The notes: generated by a model not told the origin, from the sequence alone. Counted from the stretch's first letter, positions 20,415-31,519 are shown. The stretch: 64,000 nt of DNA from Acidobacteriota bacterium (GCA_965205505.1 CBDBHB010000009.1:2688001-2752000), one strand, 5' to 3'. Numbers and translations: made by a program.

Positions 20415-20613
20415 GCGGCCTGCTGGGGCGGGCCACGGCCGCCTGGTCGACGCGCTCGCCGACGAGGGCACGGAGGTGCGCCGTCAGGCCGCCTGGGCTC
20501 TGGAAATGATCGAGTCGGACGAGGCGTTGGAGGCCCTGCTCGACGCCATGAAGGACACGGATCGCGACGTACAGCGGCAGGCGATGCGGGCGATCGCCCG
20601 GATTACCGGGTAG
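20411..20613 (+). pseudogene. Internally deleted BlaR1/M56-HEAT-repeat gene remnant
   Basis: ATGA-coupled start joined out of frame to HEAT-like repeats (LVDALADEGTEVRRQAAWAL...LLDAMKDTDRDVQRQAMRAI*). Confidence 0.65.
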
Positions 20614-20721
20614 GGGACGAGGTCGGCCCTGCCTCGTTTGGCGACGCCGTACCCAGACCCATCAGAGTCCTTCAGCACCCTGCTATAAGCTAGCGGCGCC
20701 CGCTGACCAACCGGAGTCGCC

Positions 20722-21971
20722 GTGCCGGCTGAGCCGCTGATCACCAACGACGCCGTAGTGCGTAGGCATCTTGCTTGTGATGCTGGCGTTTGTTTTCACC
20801 ACGTCACACAGCGGATCACGGTTTTGGCAGCGCTTCTACTCGGTCGTGCCGACGGTCCTCGTTTGCTACTTCCTGCCGTCGCTGTTCAGCACTCTGGGCA
20901 TCATTTCCGGCGAGGTCTCCAACCTCTACTTTGTCTCCTCGCGCTACCTGCTGCCCACCAGCCTCGTCTTACTGACCCTCAGCGTCGACGTGCGCGGCAT
21001 CGTCCGTCTCGGACCCAAGGCGCTGATCATGTTCTTCGCGGGTACGGTCGGCATCGTGCTCGGCGGCCCGCTGGCGATCCTGGTGGTGGGCGCGATCGAG
21101 CCAAGTATCGTCGGTGGTGCAGGACCGGATGCCGTGTGGCGTGGGCTTACCACTGTGGCGGGGAGCTGGATCGGCGGCGGCGCGAACCAGGCCGCGATGA
21201 AAGAGGTGTTCGAGGTAGGCGACGATCTGTTCTCCGCGATGATCGCGGTCGACGTGATCGTCGCCAACGTCTGGCTGGCGGTATTGCTCTTCATGGTCGG
21301 GCGTGCCTCCCGCATCGACGCCTTCATCGGCGCCGACACGTCGGCCATCGATGAGCTTCGTGCACGAGTGGAGCGCCAACAACGCGAGCACGCCCGCATC
21401 CCCAGCCTCACCGACCTGATACAGATCTTGGCTGCGGGCTTCGGGGTAACCGCCGTGGCCCATTTCTTCGCCGATCAAATATCTTCCGCGATCGAACGGG
21501 CGGCGCCGAGCTTGGCAATCTACAACCTTACGTCACAGTTCTTTTGGCTTGTCGTGCTGTCAACGGTGATCGCCATCGGGCTCTCTACGACGAAGCTACG
21601 GCGGCTCGAGCATGCCGGCGCGTCGAAAATCGGCTCGGCGTGTCTGTACGTGCTGATTGCGTCGATCGGCATGCGCATGAACCTGATGGCAGTCTTCGAT
21701 AACCCCGGACTGTTCGTGGTCGGCAGCGTGTGGATGGCCATACACGCCGGCATCATGCTCGGGGTGGCCTGGTTGATTCGTGCGCCGGTGTTCTTCATGG
21801 CCGTGGGCAGCCAAGCGAACGTCGGCGGCGCGGCGTCGGCACCGATTGTGGCCTCGGCGGTGCATCCTGCGTTGGGCCCCGGTAGGCGCCCTGCTGGCGG
21901 TGCTTGGTTATGCCGTGGGCACGTACGGTGCATATATCTGCGGTCAGATCATGCGCCTGGCGGCGGGCTGA
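20722..21971 (+). pseudogene. DUF819-family membrane protein (two frameshifts)
   Basis: ITNDAVV, SRYLLP, GSWIGGGANQAAM, GSQANVGGAASAP, LAVLGYAVGTY; breaks near 20760 and 21880. Confidence 0.8.
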
Positions 21972-21974
21972 CGG

Positions 21975-23684
21975 TCAATCCGGCAGCGTTTCTCCGGGAC
22001 GCCATCCGGCCGCGTCGAGCTTCTGCAACATGCCCAGCACCTCCGCGCGCTGGGCGTGAAGCAGCAGCATGAGCAGATCACCCGGCCGCCCCCAGCGTAG
22101 CGCCGACTGCACCGCCTCGACCTCCGAGGCTGCCACCTCAATGCGATCCGATGGCGTACCGAGCTCCAGCAGACGCTGCTGGAGTCGCTCGACCACTTCA
22201 CCCTCGGCACGGCCGCGCAGGTAGCCCGGCATTTGCTTTAGAACGATGCGCTCCGGACGCGTGCGCCAGGTGACCTCGGCAAGTCGGTCGATCGAGAAAT
22301 TGTCACGATCCCCGGCCTGCCCGAGGATTACCAGGCGGCGCTTGACGGGCATCGCGGCCCCCATCTGCAGAACCAACTCCAAGCCCTCCGGATTGTGGGC
22401 GAAATCGGCATACGCCTTCAAGCCGCCGAACTCGAAGTAGTTGCCACGGCCCGGGTTCTGCTCAGCGTCGCTACGGAACTCCTTCAGGCCAGCGTCGATG
22501 GCGCTGGTGCTGAGGCCGACGGAGTCGGCGATCGCCGCAGCTGCGAGTGCGTTGTAGACGTTGTGACGTGCTGCGCCGCCGAGGGTGGCTGGCGCTGCGA
22601 TGGTCTCGAGCAGCGCTACGAAGCGACCGCCCTGCAACCGGCCGAGCACCCCATTCCGTTGGACGTACGCTACTGCGGAGCGTGTCGCCGCGCCCACCGG
22701 CGGCACCTCGGCGTCGAGCGTCAGCCAGGTGACCGGCACCCCGGCCGAGGCCGCGTGGCGTCGCAGGAGCGGATCGTCCGCGTTCAGAAGCAGTACCCCG
22801 TCCGGGCTGGCGGCTCGGGCCACTAGCAGCTTGACGTGCGCCAGAGCGTCCAGATCGATTACCCCGTATTCGCCCAGATGGTCGGTGCCGACGTTGCTAA
22901 CATATGCGACGTCTGCCCGCCCGAGAGGTAGTCCGCGGCGTAGAAGGCCGCCGCGCGCCGTCTCGATCAATGCCAGATCGACCCGCGTGTCGCGTAGCAG
23001 GGTTCGGGCACCCTCGCCGCCTGTGTAGTCGCCGCTGAGCATTGTCGTTCCGTCGATCTGCACACCGTCGGTCGACGTGTTGCCGCAGTGAATACCGGCT
23101 GCGGCAGCAATCGCGGCCAGCATCCGAACCGTCGTCGTTTTTCCGTTCGTTCCGGTGACCAGGGCCACCGGCACATCGTGCGCCTAGCCCCAGGTCACCG
23201 AATCGGGGGCCGGCAGGCGGTCTACCGGCCATGCCAGGGAGCCCGACCCGAGCCCGACCGAAGCGATCTCGTCGTCGCAAAGGAATGCGAGGCTATGCTC
23301 AGCCGCCGCCGCGGCCAGCGACAGCAGCGCCGGGTTGGCTTCGGCGTCGACCAGTTCCTGAAGCTGCGGCAGGCCATGGCTTGCCGGCGGTTCCGCGCCA
23401 AACGATGCTACCGCCGTCGCCCAGGCAGCCTCGTTGATCTCGCAGGCGGCGTAGAGTCCGTCGATGGGCGCGCTGATCGCCAAGCTGGCGCCTCGGTCGT
23501 AGCGGCGTAGGGCGGTTCGCTCTTTGCCCCACCCAACCGCGGCGAGGAGTCGCTGCGCCTGTCGACGCCAATCGTCAACGAGCTCTTCAGCGCAGTCTTC
23601 CGGAAGCTCCACCTCGATGACCGCCCCGGCTTCGTCCTGGACCAGGCTTGGCCCCGTGAGGCGGCGCGAATCGACCAGCCGCAT
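21975..23684 (-). pseudogene. CphA-related N-domain + Mur-ligase-domain protein with an in-frame TAG at 23184-23186
   Basis: DSRRLTGPSL N-terminus; VTGTNGKTTT, ETARGGLLRRG, DFAHNP, GDR; both ORFs are in the same frame. Confidence 0.8.
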
Positions 23685-23687
23685 GCT

Positions 23688-26479
23688 TCAGTCTGCCTCT
23701 TCGACCTCGCGTGCCAGCCGCACGCCGCGTTCGTCCCGGATGAGCCGTTCGTCACCGGTGAGCAAGCTCACGGGCACCTCCGGAAGATCAATCGGTACGG
23801 CTACCGGAGCGGTCGACGACTCGGACGCATCGGAAGGCTCGAAGTGGATGATCTGGTTCCAGCAACGGGACAAGTTGTCGGCGAAGACGAGCAGGAGATC
23901 GCCGGGGGCGGCGCTACGCAGGGCCGCATCGATGGATTCGACCTCATCAGGAATCACGCGTATGGCTTCGTCAGCGACTCCGGCCGATTTCAGCGTGTTG
24001 GCGAGTAGCTCGGGATCTCCTCGGGGCCACGTCCGCGTAGCCGATCGTCGCGCTTGCAGACGAACTCGTCGAAATGGGGCGCGGCGATCTGCGCGATTCG
24101 GCGGATGTCTTCGTCGCGACGATCCCCGGGTGCTGCCAGCACGCAGATTGCCTTGCCGTCGCGATCGAGGCGGCTCACCAGATCGCAGATGGCGCGCATC
24201 GCAGCCGGGTTGTGCCCGTAGTCGAGGATCACCTTGAACGGGTGCTCGTCGAAGATATTCATGCGCCCGGGAGCCTGGAAGAAGGTCGTATCGAACGTCT
24301 TCAAACCCTGCCTGATGTTGTCGATGCCGACGTGCAGGCAGTGGGCCAGCGCTGCCGCGAACATGGCGTTCTGCACGTTGTGCATCGCACGTCCGTTGAG
24401 GGTCGCGGGGATCAAGTAGGTCCACAACAGCGGGACGTGGGTCCCGCCATCGTAGAGCGCGATCATGTGCCCGTTCATGCCCTCTTCGAGCACTACGGTC
24501 TGGCCGCCGGCACGAATGTGCTCCTTAACCAGGGTGTGCTCGCGGCTCATAGTGACGTAGCAGATCTGCTCGGCTTCCGTGTAATCCGCCATCCGCAGAC
24601 AGTGGGGGTCGTCGGCATTCAACACCGCAGCGACTGCCGCTACCTCGATCGGGATTCGCTTGACCTCGGCCAGTTGCTCCAGGGTATCGATGCCACGCAT
24701 GCCGAGGTGGTCTTCCTCCACATTCAAGCAACACGCCACATCGCAGCGGCGATACCCCATGCCGGCGCGCAGTAGTCCACCGCGAGCCGTCTCGAGCACT
24801 GCCACGTCGATGGCAGGATCACGCAGCACCATGCGTGCCGCCATCGGTCCGGTCATGTCGCCCTTCACGCTGAGCTGGCCGTCGATGTATACGCCATCGG
24901 TCGACGTCAGCCCGACGCGGCTTCCGGATAACTTGAGGATATGCGCGAGCATGCGCGCCGTGGTGGTCTTGCCGTTGGTCCCGGTGATCGCCGCGATCGG
25001 CACACGGCTCGCGCTGCCCGCCGGAAACAACATGTCGATCACCGCGCCGGCGACGTCGCGTGGCTTACCCTCGCTGGGAGAAACGTGCATTCGAAAGCCG
25101 GGGGCCGCGTTGATCTCACAGATAGCCCCGCCAGACTCCTTGTACGACTTCGAGATGTCGTCGGTGAGGAAGTCAACGCCGGCCACGTCCAGACCGATGG
25201 CGCCGGCGGCACGCACCGCCATCTCGCGGTTGTCCGGATGCACGATATCGGTAACGTCGATCGCCGTGCCGCCGGTCGACAGGTTGGCCGTTGCACAGAG
25301 GTAGACGATCTCGTCGCCAGGCGGCACGCTCGTTCGGCGGTAGTTGCTCTGTGCCAGCAGGCGGTCAGACTGGTGGCTGAACTCGATGCGGGTCAAGACC
25401 TTCTCGTGACCGATACCTCTTCGCGAGTCTTCGTTTACCTTGTCGACGAGTTCCTCGATGGTGTGGACACCGTCACCGACTACGTGCGCGGGCATGCGCT
25501 TGGCGGCGGCCACCAGTTCCCCGTTGACCACTGCCAGGCGATGGTCGAGGCCGCTGATGAAACTCTCGACCAGCACGCTACGACTGTGCTGTTGTGCTTG
25601 TTCGACCGCGGCGGCCACCTGTCCGGCATCGCTCAAGTCGATCGAAACGCCTCGCCCATGGTTGGCGTTGTAGGGCTTCACGACTACCGGGTAGCCGATG
25701 TGCTCTGCGGCGCGCACGGCGGACTTCGATGAGCGCACCAGGTGCTGTTTCGGCACCGGCAAGCCGAGGCCCGAGAGGATCTTGTGGGTCTCTTCCTTGT
25801 CGGACGAGATCTCGACCGCGATGTGGCGGGTCTCGCTTGTGATGGTCGCCTGGATGCGCTTCTGGTGTCGTCCAAAACCGAACTGCACGAGGCTCTGGGT
25901 GTTGAGCCGGATCCAGGGAATGTCGCGTTCCTCCGCCGCCCGCACCAACGCGGCCGTGCTGGGCCCCAGGGCGCGCCTTTGCGCCCAGCGGATCAGCTGA
26001 TCGCGCTCCTCGGCGAAGTCGAAGTCGACGGGGACAGCACCCGGGGGCTGTAGCTCTTCGGGCAGCAAGCTGTGCAGCAGGGTGAGCGTCAGATCTCCCG
26101 CCGCGCGTCCGACGTCTTCTTGCTCGTACTGGTACACGACGCCGTAGACGCCGGGCTCGTTGTCGACGGCGCGGGTACGCCCGAAGGTCACGCGGCTGCC
26201 GGCGATGTTCTGGACCTCGAGGGCGCAATGCTCGAATATGTGGCCCATCCAAGTACCTTCGTCCTCGCGGAGCCGCCGCTCGAAGCCCCCGGCCTGGCGA
26301 TAGGAGCAGCCGTGGTCGGCGAGGCCGGGCAGGGCGCCGAGCAGCGCGTCGATGAACCCTTCCCCGAGCCGAGCGGTGGGCCATTGCTCGAGAGTGCCCA
26401 GATCGACCGTCATCTGGATCACCGGAAAGTGGGCGTAGAGGCTCGGACCCAGATAGACGCGCGAATCGAGGATTTTCAT
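23688..26479 (-). pseudogene. cphA: Cyanophycin synthetase CphA (single-base frameshift near 24015)
   Basis: HGCSY...HIFEH N domain, ATP-grasp (VVKPYNANHGRG, ANLSTGG, EINAAPGFRMH), Mur domain (GTNGKTTT, ETARGG, DYGHNP). Confidence 0.9.
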
Positions 26480-27309
26480 CGGCTCTGTGTCTCCCTTGGC
26501 GGAAGCGGGCTTCGAGTCTGTATGTCGTACGTGCAGCCGTGCAACAGGATGTGCAGGCGTAGACCGAGCAGGCAGACCGGATCGCCGGCTCGCTCTCCCA
26601 CCGATGAGTGCTCGAGATCGGAGCCGTCGACCAGAGTGCACGATCCGGTACCAACGATCTCCATGGTCCGGTCCGGCGCGATGAAGGCGGCGGTGTTCTC
26701 GTCGAGTCCCATGCCGACGATGGAGGGGTTGTAAGCCAGTACGGTTAGCAAGCGACCGAGTCGGTCGCGCTCGCGGAAGTGTTGATCGATGGTGAAGTCG
26801 CGGGTGAGGCCGATTCCCGGAGCGAACGCCACCATGTGGGTGCGGGGTGAGGCGCCCTTCTCACCGAAAGCGATCATGTGCTCGGAAAGATAGCTCGCGC
26901 CCGCCGAGGTGCCGGCGATGTGGACGCCGCGGTTCGATGCTGATGTCAACGCGCGAGCTACTGGTGTCCCACCGAGCGTTCGACTCAATCGTAGCTGCGA
27001 GCCGCCGGTGAGAAAGATGCCTGTTGCCTCGGCGATGACGCGTAGCCAATCGGCGCGGTTGCAGTCGGCGCGATCGGCGAACGGCAGCGAGGTAGCGTTA
27101 GCGGCGCCGATCTCGGTAAAGACCCGCTCGTACCGCGGCCCCGTCGTGCGCATCTTGGATGCCGTCGGCACCACGACGATACGCGCGTCGCGCCCGCCGC
27201 ACAGCTCTACGAAGCGACTCAGGATTAACGGGTCTCGTGCCTTCTTCTCGGCGCCGCCGATCGGGATCAGATAGCCGCCTGTCGGCTCTTCGGACGAAGT
27301 GCTCAGCAT
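26476..27309 (-). CDS. cphB: Cyanophycinase
   Basis: LIPIGGAE, FLTGGSQLRL, GTSAGA, IDQHFRERDRLGRL, GLDENTA; ATGA-coupled to cphA. Confidence 0.92.
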   Translation of the reverse strand: MLSTSSEEPTGGYLIPIGGAEKKARDPLILSRFVELCGGRDARIVVVPTASKMRTTGPRYERVFTEIGAANATSLPFADRADCNRADWLRVIAEATGIFLTGGSQLRLSRTLGGTPVARALTSASNRGVHIAGTSAGASYLSEHMIAFGEKGASPRTHMVAFAPGIGLTRDFTIDQHFRERDRLGRLLTVLAYNPSIVGMGLDENTAAFIAPDRTMEIVGTGSCTLVDGSDLEHSSVGERAGDPVCLLGLRLHILLHGCTYDIQTRSPLPPRETQSR

Positions 27310-27358
27310 GGCGCGAGATTCTGCCACGCCCTGCCGAGGCTGTAGAGTCGACTCGCCG

Positions 27359-27637
27359 CTAGCATGCCGTGGTGAAAGTGTGGTGGGTCTGGCGACAGGG
27401 TCTTGCGAAGTGGAGGCAAGGAGAGAGGAGGAGGCGATGGTTACCCCATCGTTGACAAGGAACGACGCAGCATACGCGCGCAACCCCCTGTTGCCCGAAG
27501 GGTTACGGCGATTTGGGGCCATCTGCGGCGTTGGCCTTCCTCGACGATGGCTAGGGCATCGCCAGTGTCAGGCCGCCTTGCATCTGGCCCCAACTCGCCG
27601 TAACCAGACCCACCACACTTTCACCACGGCCTGCTGG
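27359..27637. repeat. Family-A 279-bp MITE-like element (inverted relative to 33944)
   Basis: Near-identical reverse complement of 33944-34222; IRs of about 33 bp. Confidence 0.9.
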
Positions 27638-27644
27638 AGTTGAC

Positions 27645-28340
27645 TCAGACGACGGCGACCTGCTCGTCAACGACCATGCCGTCGAACAGGTGGATGGTGC
27701 GTTGGGCGTGCTCGGACCACCTGGGGTCGTGGGTGACCATGCAGATCGTGGCACCACCCTGATGGAGCTCGGCCATCAGATCCATGACGGCGGCGGCATT
27801 GCCAGAGTCGAGGTTGCCGGTGGGCTCATCGGCCAGCAGAATGGAAGGGTCACCAACGACGGCGCGAGCCACGGCGACGCGCTGTTGTTGACCACCGGAA
27901 AGCTGGCTGGGCATGTGCTTGGCACGATGCGTCATGCCGACCCGATCGAGCGAGGCGTTGGTGCGTTCGCGACGCTCCGAAGAGGCCATGCCACGGTAGG
28001 TGAGCGGTAGCTCGACGTTCTCGTACACGTTGAGGTCGCCGATGAGGTTGAAGCTCTGGAAAATAAATCCGATCTCACGGTTGCGCACTCGGGCGCGCTC
28101 GGAAGCGGTGAGGTTGGAGGCGTCGTTGGCGTTGAGCAGGTAGTTGCCACCAGTGGGCGTGTCGAGCAACCCGAGGATGGAAAGCAGCGTCGTCTTGCCA
28201 GAGCCGGATGGGCCGGCGATCGACACGAACTCGCCAGGTGCGATGTCGAACGTGACCTCCGACAACGCGTGCGTCTCAACTTCCTCGGTCACGAAGACCT
28301 TGGTGATCTCGTCCATCTTGATCAGCGGCTCACCAGACAT
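27645..28340 (-). CDS. ABC transporter ATP-binding protein (MacB/LolD-type)
   Basis: GPSGSGKTT, GFIFQSFNL, LSGGQQQRVA, LADEPTGNLD, MVTHD. Confidence 0.92.
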   Translation of the reverse strand: MSGEPLIKMDEITKVFVTEEVETHALSEVTFDIAPGEFVSIAGPSGSGKTTLLSILGLLDTPTGGNYLLNANDASNLTASERARVRNREIGFIFQSFNLIGDLNVYENVELPLTYRGMASSERRERTNASLDRVGMTHRAKHMPSQLSGGQQQRVAVARAVVGDPSILLADEPTGNLDSGNAAAVMDLMAELHQGGATICMVTHDPRWSEHAQRTIHLFDGMVVDEQVAVV

Positions 28341-28416
28341 CGGACGCTCCTTCACACGGGGTGGCGGGTGTCCGGAGCCGCGAAGGCGAGACAGGACACC
28401 CGAAAGCCTCGTTGAA

Positions 28417-28445
28417 TTAGACGCACGCGAGGTGCAGAAGGTTCC
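28417..28445 (-). promoter_or_regulatory. ECF sigma-type promoter candidate
   Basis: Minus strand GGAACC-N17-GTCTAA upstream of the ABC ATPase gene. Confidence 0.45.
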
Positions 28446-28461
28446 GCAGATTTAGCGAGAA

Positions 28462-29025
28462 TCAGTCCTCGACGACCTTCGTGCCAGCCAGCTTGTCTCC
28501 CAGGCGCCGTCCTTCCGCGTCCGTGAACAGGAGAACCAACTCGATCACGGTCAATGCCAATGCCGCGAGTAGAACGAACGGTACGAGCACCATTCCGATG
28601 ATTGTGAAGACCAACAGCGGCACCAGTGGCCCCAGCGCGAACATCCAGTTGCGCTTGAGCGATGTCGTAACGTCAAGCGGGGCTCCGTCTACCGACTGCA
28701 GGTGGAGCTTCATGACGTGCTTGCCGACCGAACGATGGTTCATGAAATCGAATTCCATGCCGTCTCGAAGCACCATGTACGCGGCGGCGATCAATGCCCC
28801 GATCCCTGGTATGAAATTGATGACGAACGCGATAGCGCCATCGATCAGCATGGCGACGATACGCTTGCCGAGATCCGCCTTGGCGCCGGGAGCGGCATCG
28901 GGGCCCGTCGATGCTGGCGGATCGGGCTGTGCGACGGGCTCCCGGACGTCGGAAGCGGCGGCGTCACCCGTCGAGGCTGGCGGATCAGATTGCGCTGCGG
29001 GCTCCTGAACGTCGGAATCGGTCAT
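28462..29025 (-). CDS. RDD-family membrane protein
   Basis: ADLGKRIVAMLID, SVGK, RRLGDKLAGTKVV. Confidence 0.85.
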   Translation of the reverse strand: MTDSDVQEPAAQSDPPASTGDAAASDVREPVAQPDPPASTGPDAAPGAKADLGKRIVAMLIDGAIAFVINFIPGIGALIAAAYMVLRDGMEFDFMNHRSVGKHVMKLHLQSVDGAPLDVTTSLKRNWMFALGPLVPLLVFTIIGMVLVPFVLLAALALTVIELVLLFTDAEGRRLGDKLAGTKVVED

Positions 29026-29363
29026 CGAGCTACCTCCGGCGAATTTCGTACAGAAACGATGCTGTGTACCCCTACGTACGCCATTCTCCCGCGCATATCA
29101 ACCGATCATCCCCATCGGTCGGCCGGGGCACTGGTCCGGAACCTCGGTATCGGGCCCCGGCGCCGGTCCCAGCCGCCGCGGGGCTTCGTCGCCTCAGCCC
29201 GTTGGTTGCCGCTCCTGTCCACGCGCTTGAGCAGCACCATGCGGTTCGTCTGGTCGCCGCCGCCGGCGCGACCCAACATGGGCGCAAGCGGCAACCACGC
29301 CGAACACCAGCAGCACCCGTCTCACGCCCAGTAGCAATCGCGACGCCGTCCAGGAGAGCGACA

Positions 29364-29957
29364 ATGAGAGATCACGCCAGGCACATGGTTTCGGCGGCTG
29401 CGCTCGTCGCCATCACGGCAGCGGCAGGTTGCGCGCCGGGGCGCTCGATTGTCCGTGGCAGCTGGCCGGACGGGCGAATCGAAGGTCCGGCGATGAGTCG
29501 GCCCGCGCCCGTCGCGATTGCCTACGTGCGTCCCGAGCTCGCAATCGAGACCGATGACTGGCTGCCCGCGGAGACTACGTACGACGGGTTGAGCGCCGCC
29601 GAGCTCAACGGCATGGGTGTTTTGCAGCCAATTTACTTTGCCCTCGATCGGGCCGATATTGATGCCGACCAGATGGCAGCGCTCGACGCCAACATCGAGT
29701 GGCTAGCCCAGGTTCCCGACGCCGCCATCGTTATCGAGGGTCACGCCGATGAGCGCGGCTCGCGCACCTATAACCTGGCCCTCGGGCAACGCCGCGCCGA
29801 GGTGGCACGTGACTACCTGGTCTCGCGCGGCATCGCCGCATCTCGGATCGAAGTGGTGTCGTATGGGGAGGAGCTTCCTGCCAACCCGGAGCACAACAAC
29901 GCTGCCTGGGACTCCAACCGGCGCGACGAGTTCGTGATTACCGCGAGAGGTCGCTAG
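29364..29957 (+). CDS. Pal/OmpA-family peptidoglycan-binding lipoprotein
   Basis: Lipobox AAGC; IYFALD, IEGHADERGS..YNLALGQRRA, SYGEE, NRR. Confidence 0.85.
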   Translation: MRDHARHMVSAAALVAITAAAGCAPGRSIVRGSWPDGRIEGPAMSRPAPVAIAYVRPELAIETDDWLPAETTYDGLSAAELNGMGVLQPIYFALDRADIDADQMAALDANIEWLAQVPDAAIVIEGHADERGSRTYNLALGQRRAEVARDYLVSRGIAASRIEVVSYGEELPANPEHNNAAWDSNRRDEFVITARGR

Positions 29958-30031
29958 CAGGCCCACCACACTTCCACCACGCCTGCGGGCAGGTCGTCGC
30001 CGGGCCCGCCACACTTCCACCACGCCTGCGG
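29954..30031. repeat. Degenerate family-A MITE ends; 29-bp direct repeat
   Basis: CTAGCAGG at the stop codon, then GGCCC(A/G)CCACACTTCCACCACGCCTGCGG at 29960-29988 and 30003-30031. Confidence 0.65.
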
Positions 30032-30109
30032 CCCCTCCATGGCCCCCAACTAACGGCTGCACTACCATGGCGCCCTGCTTGACTGTGGGGAAGACGTACG
30101 CAGGTCGCC

Positions 30110-31519
30110 ATGTTGGAACGGTTCTTCGGGCTAAAGGCCGCGGGTACGAGCGTACGCACGGAGGTCGTTGCCGGGACGACGACGTTCGTCACGATGGCGT
30201 ACATCATTTTCGTCCAGCCGGCGGTGCTCAGCGGCGTGCTGACGGGCTCGCCTACCGGCATGGACTTCGGTGCGGTAACAGTGGCCACCTGCCTCGCGGC
30301 GGCACTGGCAACGGGCATCATGGGCCTGTATGCGCGCTTTCCAGTCGCGCAGGCTCCGGGAATGGGGCAGAACTTCTTCTTCGTGCTGTCCATCATTCCG
30401 GCGGCCGCGGCGACCGGGCATCCGGAGCCCTGGCGCGCTGCGCTGGGAGTGATATTCGTCGCCGGCGTACTGTTTCTCGTAGTGTCGGTGCTCGGTGTGC
30501 GCCAGCTGATGATCGATGCGCTGAGCGCATCGATGAAGAGTGCCATCGCCGCCGGGATTGGCGTCTTCATCGCCTTCGTCGGCCTGCAAAACGCGTCCGT
30601 AATAGTGCGCGACCCGGGAACGGCGGTGTCACTCACAGCGGCTCTGGACTCGCCTGACAGCCTGCTGTTCTTCTTCGGCCTGACCGTGACGTCGATCCTC
30701 TATGCCCGGCGGGTCCCGGCGGCGCTTCTCTTGGGTATGGGCGCGACGCTTATCGCCGCTGTGGTGACGCGTTCCCTGTTGTTGGCTGCCGGTCCCGGCG
30801 GAGCCAGCGCGCATGCAACCTCGATGCTCATGACCCGGTTCGAGGTCGCCGACCGGCTGATGGCAGCTCCGCCGTCGATCGCGCCGACATTCTTGCGACT
30901 GGACCTGGCGGCGGCTCTGTCCTGGGAACTGCTGCCGCTGGTGGTGCTGGTGCTGTTCATGGACTTGTTCGACACCATCGGAACCTTGGTGGCGGTCGCG
31001 CAGCGCGCTCGGCTCATGCGCGGTGGCCGGCTATTGCGATCCGGCAAGGCGCTGCTGTCGGATGCTATCGGCACGGTGGCGGGGGCAGCTCTCGGCACGA
31101 GCACGGTGACGAGCTACGTCGAAAGTGCCGCTGGTGTAGAGCAGGGAGGCCGCACCGGCCTGACAGCGGTTGTCGTCGCGGGCCTATTTCTGCTGGCGTT
31201 GCCGCTGACTCCCCTCATCGCCATGATCGGTAGCTACCCACCGATCACGGCGCCGGTGCTGCTGATCGTCGGCGCCTTGATGATGCGCGCCGTAACCACG
31301 ATCGAGTGGGACGACGCCACCGAAGCGCTTCCGGCCTTCTTGACCCTGATCGGCATTCCGCTGACGTACTCGATCGCCGACGGCATCGCGCTCGGGCTGA
31401 TCGCCTATCCGATTCTCAAGTTGACGACCGGGCGGGGCCACGAGGCGAACTGGATGTCTCGTCTGCTTGCCCTGGTGCTGGCGGCCTACTTCGTGCTGCT
31501 ACGACCTCAAATCGGCTGA
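30110..31519 (+). CDS. NCS2/AzgA-family purine permease
   Basis: TEVVAGTTTFVTMAYI, APGMG, FDTIGTL, YVESAAGVEQGGRTGLTA, PLTYSIADG. Confidence 0.92.
   Translation: MLERFFGLKAAGTSVRTEVVAGTTTFVTMAYIIFVQPAVLSGVLTGSPTGMDFGAVTVATCLAAALATGIMGLYARFPVAQAPGMGQNFFFVLSIIPAAAATGHPEPWRAALGVIFVAGVLFLVVSVLGVRQLMIDALSASMKSAIAAGIGVFIAFVGLQNASVIVRDPGTAVSLTAALDSPDSLLFFFGLTVTSILYARRVPAALLLGMGATLIAAVVTRSLLLAAGPGGASAHATSMLMTRFEVADRLMAAPPSIAPTFLRLDLAAALSWELLPLVVLVLFMDLFDTIGTLVAVAQRARLMRGGRLLRSGKALLSDAIGTVAGAALGTSTVTSYVESAAGVEQGGRTGLTAVVVAGLFLLALPLTPLIAMIGSYPPITAPVLLIVGALMMRAVTTIEWDDATEALPAFLTLIGIPLTYSIADGIALGLIAYPILKLTTGRGHEANWMSRLLALVLAAYFVLLRPQIG

Noticed and set aside
23184-23186. Pyrrolysine or recoded TAG
   Set aside because: TAG is used as a normal stop throughout the window, no pyl genes are seen, and neighbouring genes are also broken.
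29954-30031. Possible mini CRISPR array
   Set aside because: Only two repeats with a 14-bp spacer, the repeat equals a MITE end, and no cas genes are present.
29990-30109. Purine riboswitch upstream of the NCS2 permease
   Set aside because: No purine-riboswitch core motifs were recognised; the region consists of MITE remnants.
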